A stretch of DNA of 44,778 nucleotides from Candidatus Taylorbacteria bacterium RIFCSPLOWO2_01_FULL_45_34b (GTDB lineage: Bacteria; Patescibacteriota; Minisyncoccia; Phycocordibacterales; DSPV01): the NCBI GenBank assembly GCA_001822675.1, contig MHRY01000048.1, positions 1 through 44,778 on the forward strand, read 5' to 3'. Under the pieces are notes generated by a model. That model saw only the letters and a list, made by a program, of their open reading frames with translations, did not search any database and was not told where the DNA came from. The translations under genes and the position numbers were made by a program. The number at the start of each line of letters is the position of its first letter. The first letter of the stretch is position 1. Shown here piece by piece: positions 17,002 through 28,202 of this stretch.

Positions 17002-19923
17002 TTACTCACTCATCCGTTTTAATCCGCACCACTCACACTTTTTATCATCACAAGTTTCAGTCAAAATCTTCCCACTCCAAACACTCTCGATAAGCAACTC
17101 AATTTCATCCCTCACCTTTTGAATATCGGCGTTGACGATAGAAAGGGTCACGGTCGGACATCTACCTTTTTGATCTGGCGTGACGAATACCAGAGATAGC
17201 GTAATCGGTCGACCTTTGAAACGATGGCCTCGGCTGAGCAAAAGTTCGTAAAAAACCAATTGGCGGAAATAACTGCCATCGCTTGATTTGGTCTGGCCTT
17301 TTATGGCGGCCGCACTCATCGCCTGCCGCGTCTTGTAATCAAAAACAAAAACTTCTTTGCCAGTATCAATAATGGCGTCCAATTTGCCGTGGATAGGAAC
17401 GGAAAGAGACTCTTTCTGAAAAATCCCCTCAAAAACACTTTCACTCCACTCTTCAGCAAAAATTTTTCCTTGGAGGGCGAAGTGCGGAGCAAGAGCTTTC
17501 GCCACAACTTCGGCACTTTCCTCAAGTTCAGCTTCGACCGCTTCTTTTTCAAATAATGGAAGGCGCGAATGTGCTTTAAAAAAAGCAACGGCTTCAAGAA
17601 TAGATTTTTCAATGTTTTTTTGATCTCGACTCTTCATTTTCCAAACACGCGAGAAGGCATCGTGCATGACCGTTCCTTTTTCGGCGGAAGGCGCGGGAGC
17701 TTGTGGTAGTTTCAAAATACTTTGATACAGAAACTCGCTCGGGCAATTTATAAAATGATTGAGCGCTGTGACAGACAACCCCTTTTGAAGGATGGCTTGT
17801 TTTGCATACTCTTGCAGTTTGGTGTGGCTGCCCTTTTTAGAGACAAAAAGACTTTCCGACTCCAAGGTTTTCTTTTTTTCAACCACCATTCTCTCAACAG
17901 ATTTCTGATCAATTTCCGAGATAAAACGGAGTGGCGAAAGCGCCCTCCCGCCAGATTCTTCTTCCGCGAAGAGAATCGTTACGTGCTTGCGAGCGCGAGT
18001 GAGCGCCACATAAAAAAGTCTCCGCGCGTCAGAAACATCATCTCCCTCCGTCTTTGTTTTTGGCAATAGAAAATAACTTCCGCGGCTACGCCCCATCCAT
18101 GATTCTTCACTGGCGTAGGGAATAAACACATAGTCAAACTCAAGCCCCTTACTTCCGTGCGCCGTCATCGCGCGAATGGGATAGTCGGACACACCGACAC
18201 TTACTTTAACACTACGAGTTTCCGCCGACGTCCGGTATAAAAGAAGTGAGGTAATGAGTTCTAGCGGTGAGCTGACATTGCTCTCTTTCTGAACTGATTC
18301 AGCAAGTTCCACAATCCCCCGCCACACCTCGACAAAAGACGGGTCGTGCGAAACCAGCGTCCTGTAGCCCGATAGCTCGGCGAGCTTAATAAGAAACTGC
18401 ACCGGTGCGTCTTCCAAAAGACATTTTCGAATTTCCCGCAAAACCGGAATGCTTTTCTCCACCTCACCTACGTTGCCACTTCGAAGTTTTTGGATATGAC
18501 TAATCGCTTCGGAGAATTCCAAATCCCACAGTCCTGCCACGAGCGTTTTGGCTAACGCCTCTCTTTTTGTTGGATCAGCGAGGTATTCAATAAGATTAAA
18601 AAATAAGATGCCGGCCGGATGCGAAAAAACATCAATTTTCCGCTCCGATGAAACCGGAATATCTTGTGTTTCTAGAAGTGTCAATACTTGATTAAGTTCG
18701 CGATTACGCCGAACAATAATGGCCACTTCTGCCTTCGGCTCTTTTTTTGCTATTTTTTTAATCTCTTCTACCAAATGAGACTCAAGCGAAGTTTCATCAG
18801 GTGCGATAACAAACGAAAGTGGCTGTTTTTTATGCGGCGCGACCGACTGGAGTTTCACTCGAAGATTTGTATGCTCCCCATCGGTATAATTTTTCTCAAT
18901 CATGGCAAAACTAGCGTCGAGAATGGCTTGATGCGAGCGATAATTCTTTTGGAGTAGGACAATTTTCATGTCCTTCCATAGATGCTCAAATTTCAAAAAA
19001 TTTTGTACCGAAGCGCCTTGAAAGCGATAGATGGCCTGCTTCTCATCGCCAACAATAAAGACATTCGGCGTTTCAAAAAAATCCGCGAGCATAGAAATCA
19101 ACAAGTTCTGGGAATCATTAGTATCTTGATGCTCATCTACGTGGATGTAGAGGAATCGCTCTTGAATAAGCCGGAGCAAGAGTTCGTCTTTTTTGAAAGC
19201 AACCAGAAGTTCAATGATGAGATCGTCGTAGTCCATTTGTTGCTGTTCTTTCTTTTTGGCTTCATAGCGCGTATAGACGTCTGCAAAAAGCAGTGTCCGT
19301 TTGCACTTCTCAATGTCTTTTTTTGCTTCGGCTTTCAGTTCGCCTTTGCTTTTGCCACGCGTGGAAATGGAACTCTCTTCGGTAGAAATTTTCTTCTCTT
19401 CTTTTTTTGCATACGCTCGGACATCTTCTGCCGTCCACGCCTCACGCTTGGCCTGACTTATTGCCGAAATAACACTCGAAATATAAAAATCCGGTTTGCC
19501 GATCGGCCGAAGATCCCCGAAAGCTTGGTCTTTAAGAATGTCACGGATAAAACTTTCAATTTCAACATCGCTTAATTGCGTCGCGCCTTGGAGATGTGGA
19601 AAATGCTCACCAAGTTCTCCAATGATCGAAGCGGCAAAACTGTGAAAAGTATGAATCCTCACTTCGTGTGCGCGCTCGCCAATGACTTCGAGAAGCTGGT
19701 TTCGCATCGCCTTGACGCCAGCATCCGTGTAGGTAATCGCCAAAATACCCGATGGCGGTGTATCGGTTTTTTGGAGAATGTTCGCGATGCGAAGGGTCAA
19801 AATAGTGGTCTTGCCGGTACCCGGGCCAGCAATAACCATAACCGGCCCTTCGATAGTATTAACTGCCTCACGTTGCTCCGCATTCAGTTTTTTGTATCGG
19901 ACATCGAATTCAGACGTTTTCAT
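17002..19923 (-). CDS. UvrD/PcrA-type helicase fused to a C-terminal PD-(D/E)xK nuclease
   Basis: AGPGTGKT, VDEHQD, VGDEKQAIYRFQGA, MTAHGSKGLEF and RLFYVALTRAR; C-terminal GKLDAI...FDYKT, QLVFY and a Cys cluster (CP...CDDKKCEWC). Confidence 0.92.
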   Translation of the reverse strand: MKTSEFDVRYKKLNAEQREAVNTIEGPVMVIAGPGTGKTTILTLRIANILQKTDTPPSGILAITYTDAGVKAMRNQLLEVIGERAHEVRIHTFHSFAASIIGELGEHFPHLQGATQLSDVEIESFIRDILKDQAFGDLRPIGKPDFYISSVISAISQAKREAWTAEDVRAYAKKEEKKISTEESSISTRGKSKGELKAEAKKDIEKCKRTLLFADVYTRYEAKKKEQQQMDYDDLIIELLVAFKKDELLLRLIQERFLYIHVDEHQDTNDSQNLLISMLADFFETPNVFIVGDEKQAIYRFQGASVQNFLKFEHLWKDMKIVLLQKNYRSHQAILDASFAMIEKNYTDGEHTNLRVKLQSVAPHKKQPLSFVIAPDETSLESHLVEEIKKIAKKEPKAEVAIIVRRNRELNQVLTLLETQDIPVSSERKIDVFSHPAGILFFNLIEYLADPTKREALAKTLVAGLWDLEFSEAISHIQKLRSGNVGEVEKSIPVLREIRKCLLEDAPVQFLIKLAELSGYRTLVSHDPSFVEVWRGIVELAESVQKESNVSSPLELITSLLLYRTSAETRSVKVSVGVSDYPIRAMTAHGSKGLEFDYVFIPYASEESWMGRSRGSYFLLPKTKTEGDDVSDARRLFYVALTRARKHVTILFAEEESGGRALSPLRFISEIDQKSVERMVVEKKKTLESESLFVSKKGSHTKLQEYAKQAILQKGLSVTALNHFINCPSEFLYQSILKLPQAPAPSAEKGTVMHDAFSRVWKMKSRDQKNIEKSILEAVAFFKAHSRLPLFEKEAVEAELEESAEVVAKALAPHFALQGKIFAEEWSESVFEGIFQKESLSVPIHGKLDAIIDTGKEVFVFDYKTRQAMSAAAIKGQTKSSDGSYFRQLVFYELLLSRGHRFKGRPITLSLVFVTPDQKGRCPTVTLSIVNADIQKVRDEIELLIESVWSGKILTETCDDKKCEWCGLKRMSE

Positions 19924-20007
19924 GTGGGAGTGATTATAGCATGTGATTTTTAACCTAGACCGCCCTCGTTTGCATAATATTGCAAAAGGTGCTTAAATAA
20001 GCGTTAG

Positions 20008-20220
20008 ATGAAAACTACAACCAATTGTAACTTAACGTTCGAACAGATAGGTATCGGGGGCAAGTTCGTATCATACGTCGAGGAGGACGACGAAGACCCT
20101 GTTGTCTTCAAGAAAACAACTCCGAGACAAGCTGTCGCCGAAACGGGCCAGGTTGTCGAGTTTGGAAGGGTCGACTCAATATTCCCCTACACCCCCGCAC
20201 TCCTCCAAAAGTGCGCCTGA
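20008..20220 (+). CDS. Small hypothetical protein
   Basis: Isolated ORF followed by a hairpin and T-tract (about 20247-20282). Confidence 0.5.
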   Translation: MKTTTNCNLTFEQIGIGGKFVSYVEEDDEDPVVFKKTTPRQAVAETGQVVEFGRVDSIFPYTPALLQKCA

Positions 20221-20421
20221 AAAAAATCCGAACGGCGCACCCAAAAGGCCGTCCCCGACTCTCATCCGGGCCGGCTTTTTTTAATAGCGAAGTCGCAAAT
20301 GGCGAGGTTGAACCTCGCCATTTCTAACATCCAGTTATCAAACCTAAAAATATTTGCAGTGTTCTAAAAACAATGCTAGATTGAAAACAGATACGAACAA
20401 CCACAAACGTTAGGAAGAGCT

Positions 20422-20949
20422 ATGACAAATATTCTACAGACTGTGGGTAATTTAAACCCCTCTCAACAGAACCTTATCAGCATGTCAGTACTAACACTGC
20501 TTGCAGTCGTTATTTTCATTTTGGGAGTGCTCATTCGAGCAGAATGGGAGAAGAGACGAAGATTTCGGATTGCCGGAAAAACAAAGGTAGAAGGAATCCG
20601 AGACAAACTCGAACTACTTAGAGGGGGGCGTGCGGGAGATTACGAGAAGTGGGTGTTAGAAATAATTACACTTCCAAGCGAAGGACTTTTTCTCTCCGAC
20701 TTCGCAACGAGCAAAAAGGAAATGCGAGATTTAAGGAAATGCAACGCTCTATATCAAGCCCGGTATATTCTGTTCGATATTTTGAGTGGGAGAAGAGAAT
20801 CAGCCTATGATGAACTCGTTGTTAAGCTCCGCAAAGAACTTGAGAAGGCGGATGTGAGCCTTAAGTATTTTGAGGTAAGTGAGAGTCAGTTAGCCGGATT
20901 TAAACCTCGCGAAAAGGTTCCCGCAAGTTCTTCCGTGGTATCTACCTGA
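20422..20949 (+). CDS. Hypothetical protein with one N-terminal TM helix
   Basis: AGGAAG RBS; hydrophobic stretch VLTLLAVVIFILGVLI. Confidence 0.65.
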   Translation: MTNILQTVGNLNPSQQNLISMSVLTLLAVVIFILGVLIRAEWEKRRRFRIAGKTKVEGIRDKLELLRGGRAGDYEKWVLEIITLPSEGLFLSDFATSKKEMRDLRKCNALYQARYILFDILSGRRESAYDELVVKLRKELEKADVSLKYFEVSESQLAGFKPREKVPASSSVVST

Positions 20950-21370
20950 CATCGGACAACTAATGATCTTTGTACGCCCCGCGACCATCCTCGGTCGCGG
21001 GATTTCTTAAGGCTGTAAGGCTGAGCCTTACGGGGCTTAGTCGATATGGACGCCAACGTCCAAAAAACCGCACCCGATTCTCATCTGGTGCGGTTTTTTC
21101 TTTTTAATGGCAAGGTTCAACCTTGCCATTAGATATCATGTTATATTTTTTGTAGCTTTTTAATTTCTTCGGCTAAAAGTTTCTCAAAAGTAATAACTTT
21201 TCGTTTATCTAAATTTTTGTAATTCCCTCGAATATAACTTGAAAAAGAAAGTAGTCTGTTGTCCAATTCAGAATCAAGAGTACTTGGAGGCGAGGCCTCC
21301 AAGTAGAGATGCCCCTCTTATTTCTTGAAGCTCCTGAAGCTAGTGAAGCTAGTGAAGCTAAAAGCTCATC

Positions 21371-22600
21371 TTAGTAGCTCTTGAGCCGAGCGGCTTTTTC
21401 GTGTTGGCGGATTTTTTCGTGAGCTTTGGCTTCGATTTGGCGAATACGTTCGCGGGTCACGCCGAACTTCTGACCGACTTCTTCAAGCGTGTGAGTGATA
21501 CCATCATTTAGACCATGTCGCATTTCAAGAATGCGACGTTCTTTCTCAGAAAGATCGCCGAGCACCTCCTTAACTTGATCAGCTAAAATGCGACGCGAGG
21601 CTTCTTGATCTGGCGAAAGAATCTTATCATCGGCCAGAAAATCACCAAGCGTTGATTTGCCATCGTCAGAATCTTCACCGACCGGACTTTCAAGCGACAC
21701 GGTGTCTTGATCTATTTTTTCAATATTATAAATTTTTTCAACTTCAAGCCCCATTTCAATAGCAATTTCTTCCGGAAGCGGATCACGGCCCAAGTCTTGG
21801 GAAAGTCGTCGAACTACCTGCTTGTATTTGGCAATCGTCTCCACCATATGCACCGGCACGCGAATAGTGCGAGATTGATCGGCAAGGGCGCGAGTGATAG
21901 CCTGCCGAATCCACCATGTCGCATAAGTTGAAAACTTGTAGCCTTTTGTCCAATCAAATTTATCTACCGCCTTAAAAAGCCCGAGGTTGCCTTCCTGAAT
22001 GAGGTCGAGCAAGGTTAAATCGGGGCTGCGTCCCACATATTTTTTGGCAATAGAGACAACCAAACGCAAGTTGGCCTTGGCCAAAAGATTTTTGGCTTCC
22101 ATATCTCCCGCTTGAATGCGCTTGGCCAACTCTTTTTCTTCGGCAGCGTGAATAAGCGGATACTGGCCGATTTCTTTCAAATACATTTGAATAGAATCGT
22201 AGGATGATTCGCTTTTGTTGTACTGACTCTTGATTTCTTCAGGATTCAAATCGAGCACTCCCCCGCCTTCCAAAACGTCAATGCCGGCGGTGGCAAGTTT
22301 AGCGTACAATTCTTCAAGAAAGATGATGTTGTCTTCAATTGTCGGAAACTCTTTGAGAATTTCATCATAGGTTATGAAACCGCGCTCCTTGCCTTTAGAG
22401 AGAAGCTTGCCAGCCTTATGTTCCTGATCTCTGACTTTTTTAGCGAGCGGGGAGAGCGCCTTACCTTCGGCCTTTTTAGAAACACTCGATTTCCGCAATT
22501 TGGCATCGGAAAAACGCTTCCGGCGAATTTCCTTTTTGATCCGCTTTGGCTTCGAAACTTTTTTCACCTTTCTTTTTTTATTGGCCGACTTTTTCACCAT
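21371..22600 (-). CDS. rpoD: Primary RNA polymerase sigma factor RpoD/SigA
   Basis: [48 protein letters not shown] and TRERIRQIE. Confidence 0.96.
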   Translation of the reverse strand: MVKKSANKKRKVKKVSKPKRIKKEIRRKRFSDAKLRKSSVSKKAEGKALSPLAKKVRDQEHKAGKLLSKGKERGFITYDEILKEFPTIEDNIIFLEELYAKLATAGIDVLEGGGVLDLNPEEIKSQYNKSESSYDSIQMYLKEIGQYPLIHAAEEKELAKRIQAGDMEAKNLLAKANLRLVVSIAKKYVGRSPDLTLLDLIQEGNLGLFKAVDKFDWTKGYKFSTYATWWIRQAITRALADQSRTIRVPVHMVETIAKYKQVVRRLSQDLGRDPLPEEIAIEMGLEVEKIYNIEKIDQDTVSLESPVGEDSDDGKSTLGDFLADDKILSPDQEASRRILADQVKEVLGDLSEKERRILEMRHGLNDGITHTLEEVGQKFGVTRERIRQIEAKAHEKIRQHEKAARLKSY

Positions 22601-22648
22601 ATGCGTAAATCTATATTATTTAGTAAAGTACATAGTAAACCAAAACGC

Positions 22649-24376
22649 TTATTTTGCAACGGAAAGCTCGTTCATTTGTTTTGAAAGTTCTTGACACCGC
22701 TTCAAGAGCTCCATAGCCCGCACCGTGTCTTTCATTTTTTCAGCCTCTTGAAGTTCGCGCATCGCCTTTCCAAATTCCTCTTTGACATGATCCCGATTCA
22801 AATTTTTGAGCAAATCCGCAAGTTCATGCTCAAAACCTTCCGCTCCGCCGAAGTATGCTTCCGCTTCAAATAAGAGCTCATTTTTAAAAGGTGCCAGCTC
22901 CGCCACAAGATTCTCGAGCTGTTCTTCACCAATAATTTCTCTAACCCTCTTTCTAATATTCTCCACAATCATGGGATCGCCCCCAAGATGCTCCTGCCAA
23001 AAGACCAAAGAGGTAAGACGACGTTCAATATATCCGCGGTGTGTTTTTTTATCTCCCCCTTCCCCTTTCTCCGCCCGATCGGGAGTAAATCCTTTTTGAT
23101 TGTCTGGCAGATCACCGAAACTTCTCGCTTTTTTTAATTCTTCCCAAATGGCATCGTGATGTACCGACATACGCTCGGCAATTTTGGCGACAAACTGCGA
23201 CTGCTCGATCTTGCTTTCAAGCGAAGAGACGAATGGTAGGACGGTACGGCTCACGCCTTCGGCCAATTTCCGCGCCGACGGTTTTTCCTTAAAAAGTGAT
23301 TCGAGCAGGAAATCAATGATATGACGCGAATGGGCTATGGCTTTTTTCCAATCTTCGGGATTGTCTTTGACCAAGTCAGCCGGATCTTTTCCTCCCGGCA
23401 AATCCGCGATCTTAACCTCGATACCCATCCGGAGCGCGATTTCGGCGCTTTTGACGGCGGCGCGGAAGCCGGCACTATCCGAATCAAAAGCCAGAATGGC
23501 GCGATTGCAGATTTTCCGAAGAATGGTGAGGTGGCTTCGGGTTAAGGCTGTGCCGGAAACCGCCACGGTATTTGTAAAACCGGCTTGATGAGAAAGAATG
23601 AGATCCATCTGCCCTTCGACCAAAATGCAAAAATTGTTTTTGCGAATCGAGAGTTTAGCTTTGTCCAAACCGTAAAGCGTCTCGGATTTGTTAAAGAGCG
23701 GAGTCTCCGGACTATTTAAGTACTTTGCGTCACTGTCGTCTTTGCCAAAAATTCGGCCGGAGAAAGCAATGACGCGTCCGGAAGTGTCAGCGATTGGAAA
23801 CATGATGCGGGAGCGGAAGCGGTCATAGTAGCCTTTGTCGCTTTTTTTAATAAGACCAGCCGCCTCGAGCTCCCCTTCACCCCACCCTTTCTTTTTCATG
23901 TGATCAAAGAGATCGCGCCATGAATCTGACGCAAAACCAATCCTCCAGTTGGAAATAGTTTCTTTTGTCACCCCGCGCTTCCCGAGGTATTCAAATGCCT
24001 CGGTGTTTCCTTGAAGTTTCGACTCGAAAAAAAGCGTGGCTTCCTCCATTTCACGAAAAAGCCGGTCTCTCGAATCACGCTCACCTTTTTCTTCCCGAAT
24101 AATTGGAACGCCCGCGCGCTCGGCCAAAACCTTAAGCGCTCCCATAAAATCTAAACCTTCAAATTTTTCGACAAATGTGAAAATGTCGCCCTTCTCCCCG
24201 CAACCAAAACAATAGAAGGTGTTGCGGACCGGCGAGAGGAAAAAAGAAGGCGTCTTTTCGTTGTGGAACGGACATTTGGCCTTAAAATTCTGCCCGGCTT
24301 TTTCGAGTTTAAGGTATGAACCAACCACATCCACAATAGAAAGTTTTTCTTTGATTGTATCTACGGTTCGAGACAT
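22649..24376 (-). CDS. dnaG: DNA primase
   Basis: CPFHNEKTPSF...CFGC zinc finger; KYLNSPET; TOPRIM VEGQMD and FDSDSAG. Confidence 0.96.
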   Translation of the reverse strand: MSRTVDTIKEKLSIVDVVGSYLKLEKAGQNFKAKCPFHNEKTPSFFLSPVRNTFYCFGCGEKGDIFTFVEKFEGLDFMGALKVLAERAGVPIIREEKGERDSRDRLFREMEEATLFFESKLQGNTEAFEYLGKRGVTKETISNWRIGFASDSWRDLFDHMKKKGWGEGELEAAGLIKKSDKGYYDRFRSRIMFPIADTSGRVIAFSGRIFGKDDSDAKYLNSPETPLFNKSETLYGLDKAKLSIRKNNFCILVEGQMDLILSHQAGFTNTVAVSGTALTRSHLTILRKICNRAILAFDSDSAGFRAAVKSAEIALRMGIEVKIADLPGGKDPADLVKDNPEDWKKAIAHSRHIIDFLLESLFKEKPSARKLAEGVSRTVLPFVSSLESKIEQSQFVAKIAERMSVHHDAIWEELKKARSFGDLPDNQKGFTPDRAEKGEGGDKKTHRGYIERRLTSLVFWQEHLGGDPMIVENIRKRVREIIGEEQLENLVAELAPFKNELLFEAEAYFGGAEGFEHELADLLKNLNRDHVKEEFGKAMRELQEAEKMKDTVRAMELLKRCQELSKQMNELSVAK

Positions 24377-24473
24377 AGCTTTTGTTCAAAAAAGAACGGG
24401 TAACAACCCCAAAAAAGTTGCTAGGACCACCACCTACACCAAAACGAAGAGTTAGAAAGACGAGGAGAGGTGT

Positions 24474-27400
24474 TTAGGCCAACTCTTTTCCCACAATATC
24501 GCTCTCCAGTAGCGCTTGTCTCTCTTTCTCATGCAACTGCCTGATGAGTTCGTGTTTTGGACTGCCCGGGAATCCTGTACCAGCCGGAATGAGACGGCCG
24601 ATGATGACGTTTTCTTTAAGACCAACAAGGTGGTCAACATAGCCGCGGACCGAGGCGTTGATAAGCACGCGAGTCGTGTGTTGGAAGGAAGCGGCAGACA
24701 GAAAGCTCTTTCGCGAGAGCGACACTTCAGTAATGCCCATGACGGAGAGATCCACTTTCGCCTCCTCAAGATCTTTTTCTTTCGCTTTGCTGTTTGCGAC
24801 ATCAAGCTGGAATAGATCCACCACATCGCCCGCCGAAAGTTCCGTTCCACCAGCATCTTTGACGCGGCGGCGAGAGAACATCTGGCGAACAATAATTTCA
24901 ATATGCTTTCTGGCTACGGTCTCTCCTTGAAGTTCATAGAGCTTGCTCACTTCGTCAATAATATAATTTTGCGTCCGCTCTTTGCCGGCAAACTTGAAGT
25001 ACTCATCAATATCCGCCGAACCGTCGGTAATAAGATCGCCTTTCTTAACCGCATCGCCCACCTTAAAAAGCGGGGTTCTGCTGAAACTTACCGCGTATTC
25101 AATCTCGGCTTTCTTACCTTTACCCTTCTCTCCTAACTCTGGCAGGACGGTAATAACTTTTTCTTTACCAAGATCTTTAATGCCGGTAATAACACCATCA
25201 GTATGAGATACAGCCGCGGGATTCTTCGGCTTTCTCTTTTCAAACACTTCTTCAACGCGAGGTAAACCTTGAGTGATGTCGCCACCAACAGAGGCGGTAC
25301 CACCGGCGTGGAACGTACGCATCGTAAGCTGGGTGCCCGGCTCTCCGATCGCTTGCGCCGCAACCGTGCCAACCGCTTCACCCAAATCCACTTTCCGATC
25401 TTTGCCCGGGTCAAAACCATAGCACGTAGCGCATACCCCTTGAAGCGTTTTGCAATTCAAAGGTGAACGCACTTTAAGAGAGACCACGCCTGATTTTTCG
25501 AGTGAAAGTGCTTCAGCTTTGGAGAGCAAGTGTCCTTTTTTGAAAAGCACTTTGCCTGTTTTTTCCAAAACAACGTCTTCCGCGACAGTCCGCCCGCGAA
25601 CGCTCTTCGCGATTGAGATATCCATACCGGTCACGCTCTTGTTGGTAATAAACACCGACTCTTTCGTACCGCAATCTTGTTCAGTCACAATCGCGTCTTG
25701 GGCGACGTCGAAGAGACGGCGGGTCAAATATCCGGCCTTGGCAGTGTTGAGCGCGGTGTCGGTCAAGCCCTTACGTGAACCGTGGGTGGTAATAAAGTAT
25801 TCGATCGGCGTCAATCCTTCTTTCATAGACGAAAGAATCGGAAATTCAATCGTGTCTCCGGCAGTAGTAGCGATAAGACCTTTCATACCAACCATCTGGG
25901 TAATTTGGGAGAGTGAACCTCGAGCGCCGGATTTCCACAAATCGTAAACGGAACCGGCCGGATCGAGCGCTTCAGGAATCAATTTCTCAACGTCGTTTTT
26001 AGCGCCATGCCACACTTCGATATTTTTGCGAATTCGTTCATCAACAGACAGGAGTCCTTGATCATATTGGGAAGTAATCTGCTCTGATTTCACCTTGGCC
26101 TCTTTAATAGTCTCGTATTTGCCTTTTGGCACCACCACATCATCAATACCCCACGTCGTGCCAGAGTAGGTCGCGTACTTGAAACCAAAAACCTTGACCC
26201 GATCCAGAATGTCCGGAATATTTTCAATGCCGTAGCGAGAAATCAAATCATCAACAATACCCGACATTGTTTTCTTGTCTATTTCTTTATTAATGTAGGG
26301 ATAATCCGACGGCAAAACATTGTTGAAAAGTAATCGTCCAGCAGTCGTTTCAAACACTTTGCCCTCAAATTCCTTATACTTGGAAACGTCCGTGCCAATC
26401 ACTTTGATCTTGGCGCGAAAATCAATAGCGCCGAAATCAACCGCGGTAATAGCGCTGTTCGGATCGGCAAAATATTTTCCTTCACCGAGGCGGCCCGGAA
26501 TAAGTTTGGTCATCCAATAGCAACCCAGAATAATATCGAGGAGTTTGGCGGAAACAATCGGATCCCCGCTTCCCGGTTTGAGTACATTCTTGTCCGATGC
26601 CATGACCAATCGCGCTTCAAGTTGAGCTTCCTCGCCAAGCGGCACGTGTACTGCCATCTGATCGCCGTCGAAGTCCGCGTTAAACGCGGTACAAACAAGC
26701 GGATGGACTTGGATCGCGTCTCCTTCAATCAAAACCGGCTGGAACGCCTGAATACCGAGGCGGTGAAGGGTCGGCGCGCGGTTTAAGAGTACATACTTTC
26801 CAGTAATCACTTCTTCCAAAATAGCCCAGACTTCCGGAATTCCTTCTTCGATAAGACGGCCGGCGCCACGGATGTTGTAGGCCAATTCGCGTTCCAGCAG
26901 TTTTGAAATGACAAACGGTCGGAAAAGTTCAAGCGCCATATGCTTCGGCATGCCACATTCGTGCAATTTAAGATTCGGGCCGACGACAATAACGGAACGG
27001 CCGGAATAATCCACGCGCTTACCAAGCAAGTTCGAACGGAAAAGGCCGCGCTTGCCTTTGAGGTTATCAGAGAGAGACTTGAGCGGCCGGCGCTGGGCTT
27101 GGCTAATTGCGCCAGCTGATGCGTTGCCGTGGCGGATTGAGTTATCAATAAGAGAGTCCACCGCTTCCTGCAAAATTCTTTTTTCATTTCGAAGAATGAC
27201 ATCTGGCGCTTTGATTTCGAGCAGTTTGCGGAGACGGTTGTTGCGGTTAATAACACGACGATACAAATCGTTGACGTCCGAGGTCGCGTAACGGCCACCA
27301 TCGAGCGGAACCATCGGCCGGAGCGCTGGCGGAATAACGGGAATACGCGTCAAAAACATCCACTCGGGACGAAGTGTGTTTTGGTTCATTGAACGAACCA

Positions 27401-28181
27401 GACTTAAACGCTTAGTGATTTTCTCACGATCAAGCGCGCCGGCCTTTTCTAAATCAACTTCAAGATTCTCGATTAGTTTTTTGAGATCGAGGGTTTTGAA
27501 AATATCATAGATAGCTTCAGCGCCGATACCCGCCTCAAAAAGCGAGCCGTATTTAATCGAATAGGTATGATATTCAACTTCGTCCAAAACACGTCCTTCA
27601 TGGATAGATTCGATATCACGCTTGGCGTTTAGCATGAGCTCTTTGAGCGCATCCTTGGTCTTATCGTCAGCTGATGATTTCAGTTTTGTTTTATATTCCG
27701 AATCAATGTCCTTCAAAATCCGACCACGCTCTTCTTCAAAAACGCGCGTGACAATGTAACCGGCAAAATAGATGACTTTTTCCAAATCCGCGGCCGGCAT
27801 GCCAAGAATAAGACCCATGCGAGACGGGGTGCTGCGCAAGTGCCAAATGTGAGAGACGGGCGTGGCGAGTTCGATATGTCCCATCCGCTCTCGACGAACA
27901 ATGGCGCGGGTGATTTCAACCCCGCACTTCTCACAGATGATTCCTTTATAACGGATGCCTCGATATTTGCCGCAATAACATTCGAAATCTTTTTCCGGGC
28001 CGAATATTTTTTCGTCAAAGAGACCGTTTTTCTCGCTTCGTTGGGTGCGATAATTGATAGTCTCCGGTTTGGTCACTTCGCCTGAAGACCACTCCAAAAT
28101 ACGGTCTGGCGAGGCAAGGCGAAGCACGATCGAATCAAAATTATTTACGTTAACCGATGTTTTTTGTTTGTTGTATATCAT
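24474..28181 (-). CDS. rpoC: RNA polymerase subunit beta'
   Basis: KPETINYRT, LLGKRVDYSGRSVI, catalytic NADFDGD, IGEPGTQLTMRTFH and GLKENVIIGRLIPAGTG. Confidence 0.98.
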   Translation of the reverse strand: MIYNKQKTSVNVNNFDSIVLRLASPDRILEWSSGEVTKPETINYRTQRSEKNGLFDEKIFGPEKDFECYCGKYRGIRYKGIICEKCGVEITRAIVRRERMGHIELATPVSHIWHLRSTPSRMGLILGMPAADLEKVIYFAGYIVTRVFEEERGRILKDIDSEYKTKLKSSADDKTKDALKELMLNAKRDIESIHEGRVLDEVEYHTYSIKYGSLFEAGIGAEAIYDIFKTLDLKKLIENLEVDLEKAGALDREKITKRLSLVRSMNQNTLRPEWMFLTRIPVIPPALRPMVPLDGGRYATSDVNDLYRRVINRNNRLRKLLEIKAPDVILRNEKRILQEAVDSLIDNSIRHGNASAGAISQAQRRPLKSLSDNLKGKRGLFRSNLLGKRVDYSGRSVIVVGPNLKLHECGMPKHMALELFRPFVISKLLERELAYNIRGAGRLIEEGIPEVWAILEEVITGKYVLLNRAPTLHRLGIQAFQPVLIEGDAIQVHPLVCTAFNADFDGDQMAVHVPLGEEAQLEARLVMASDKNVLKPGSGDPIVSAKLLDIILGCYWMTKLIPGRLGEGKYFADPNSAITAVDFGAIDFRAKIKVIGTDVSKYKEFEGKVFETTAGRLLFNNVLPSDYPYINKEIDKKTMSGIVDDLISRYGIENIPDILDRVKVFGFKYATYSGTTWGIDDVVVPKGKYETIKEAKVKSEQITSQYDQGLLSVDERIRKNIEVWHGAKNDVEKLIPEALDPAGSVYDLWKSGARGSLSQITQMVGMKGLIATTAGDTIEFPILSSMKEGLTPIEYFITTHGSRKGLTDTALNTAKAGYLTRRLFDVAQDAIVTEQDCGTKESVFITNKSVTGMDISIAKSVRGRTVAEDVVLEKTGKVLFKKGHLLSKAEALSLEKSGVVSLKVRSPLNCKTLQGVCATCYGFDPGKDRKVDLGEAVGTVAAQAIGEPGTQLTMRTFHAGGTASVGGDITQGLPRVEEVFEKRKPKNPAAVSHTDGVITGIKDLGKEKVITVLPELGEKGKGKKAEIEYAVSFSRTPLFKVGDAVKKGDLITDGSADIDEYFKFAGKERTQNYIIDEVSKLYELQGETVARKHIEIIVRQMFSRRRVKDAGGTELSAGDVVDLFQLDVANSKAKEKDLEEAKVDLSVMGITEVSLSRKSFLSAASFQHTTRVLINASVRGYVDHLVGLKENVIIGRLIPAGTGFPGSPKHELIRQLHEKERQALLESDIVGKELA

Positions 28182-28202
28182 GTTTTTTGAGATAGGATAT
28201 TA

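Noticed and set aside
17002..19923. Helicase-nuclease as a Cas4-like or defence effector for the arrays
   Set aside because: The architecture fits common UvrD plus PD-(D/E)xK (AddA/AdnAB-like) repair enzymes, it has no Nop domain, and it is not adjacent to any array.
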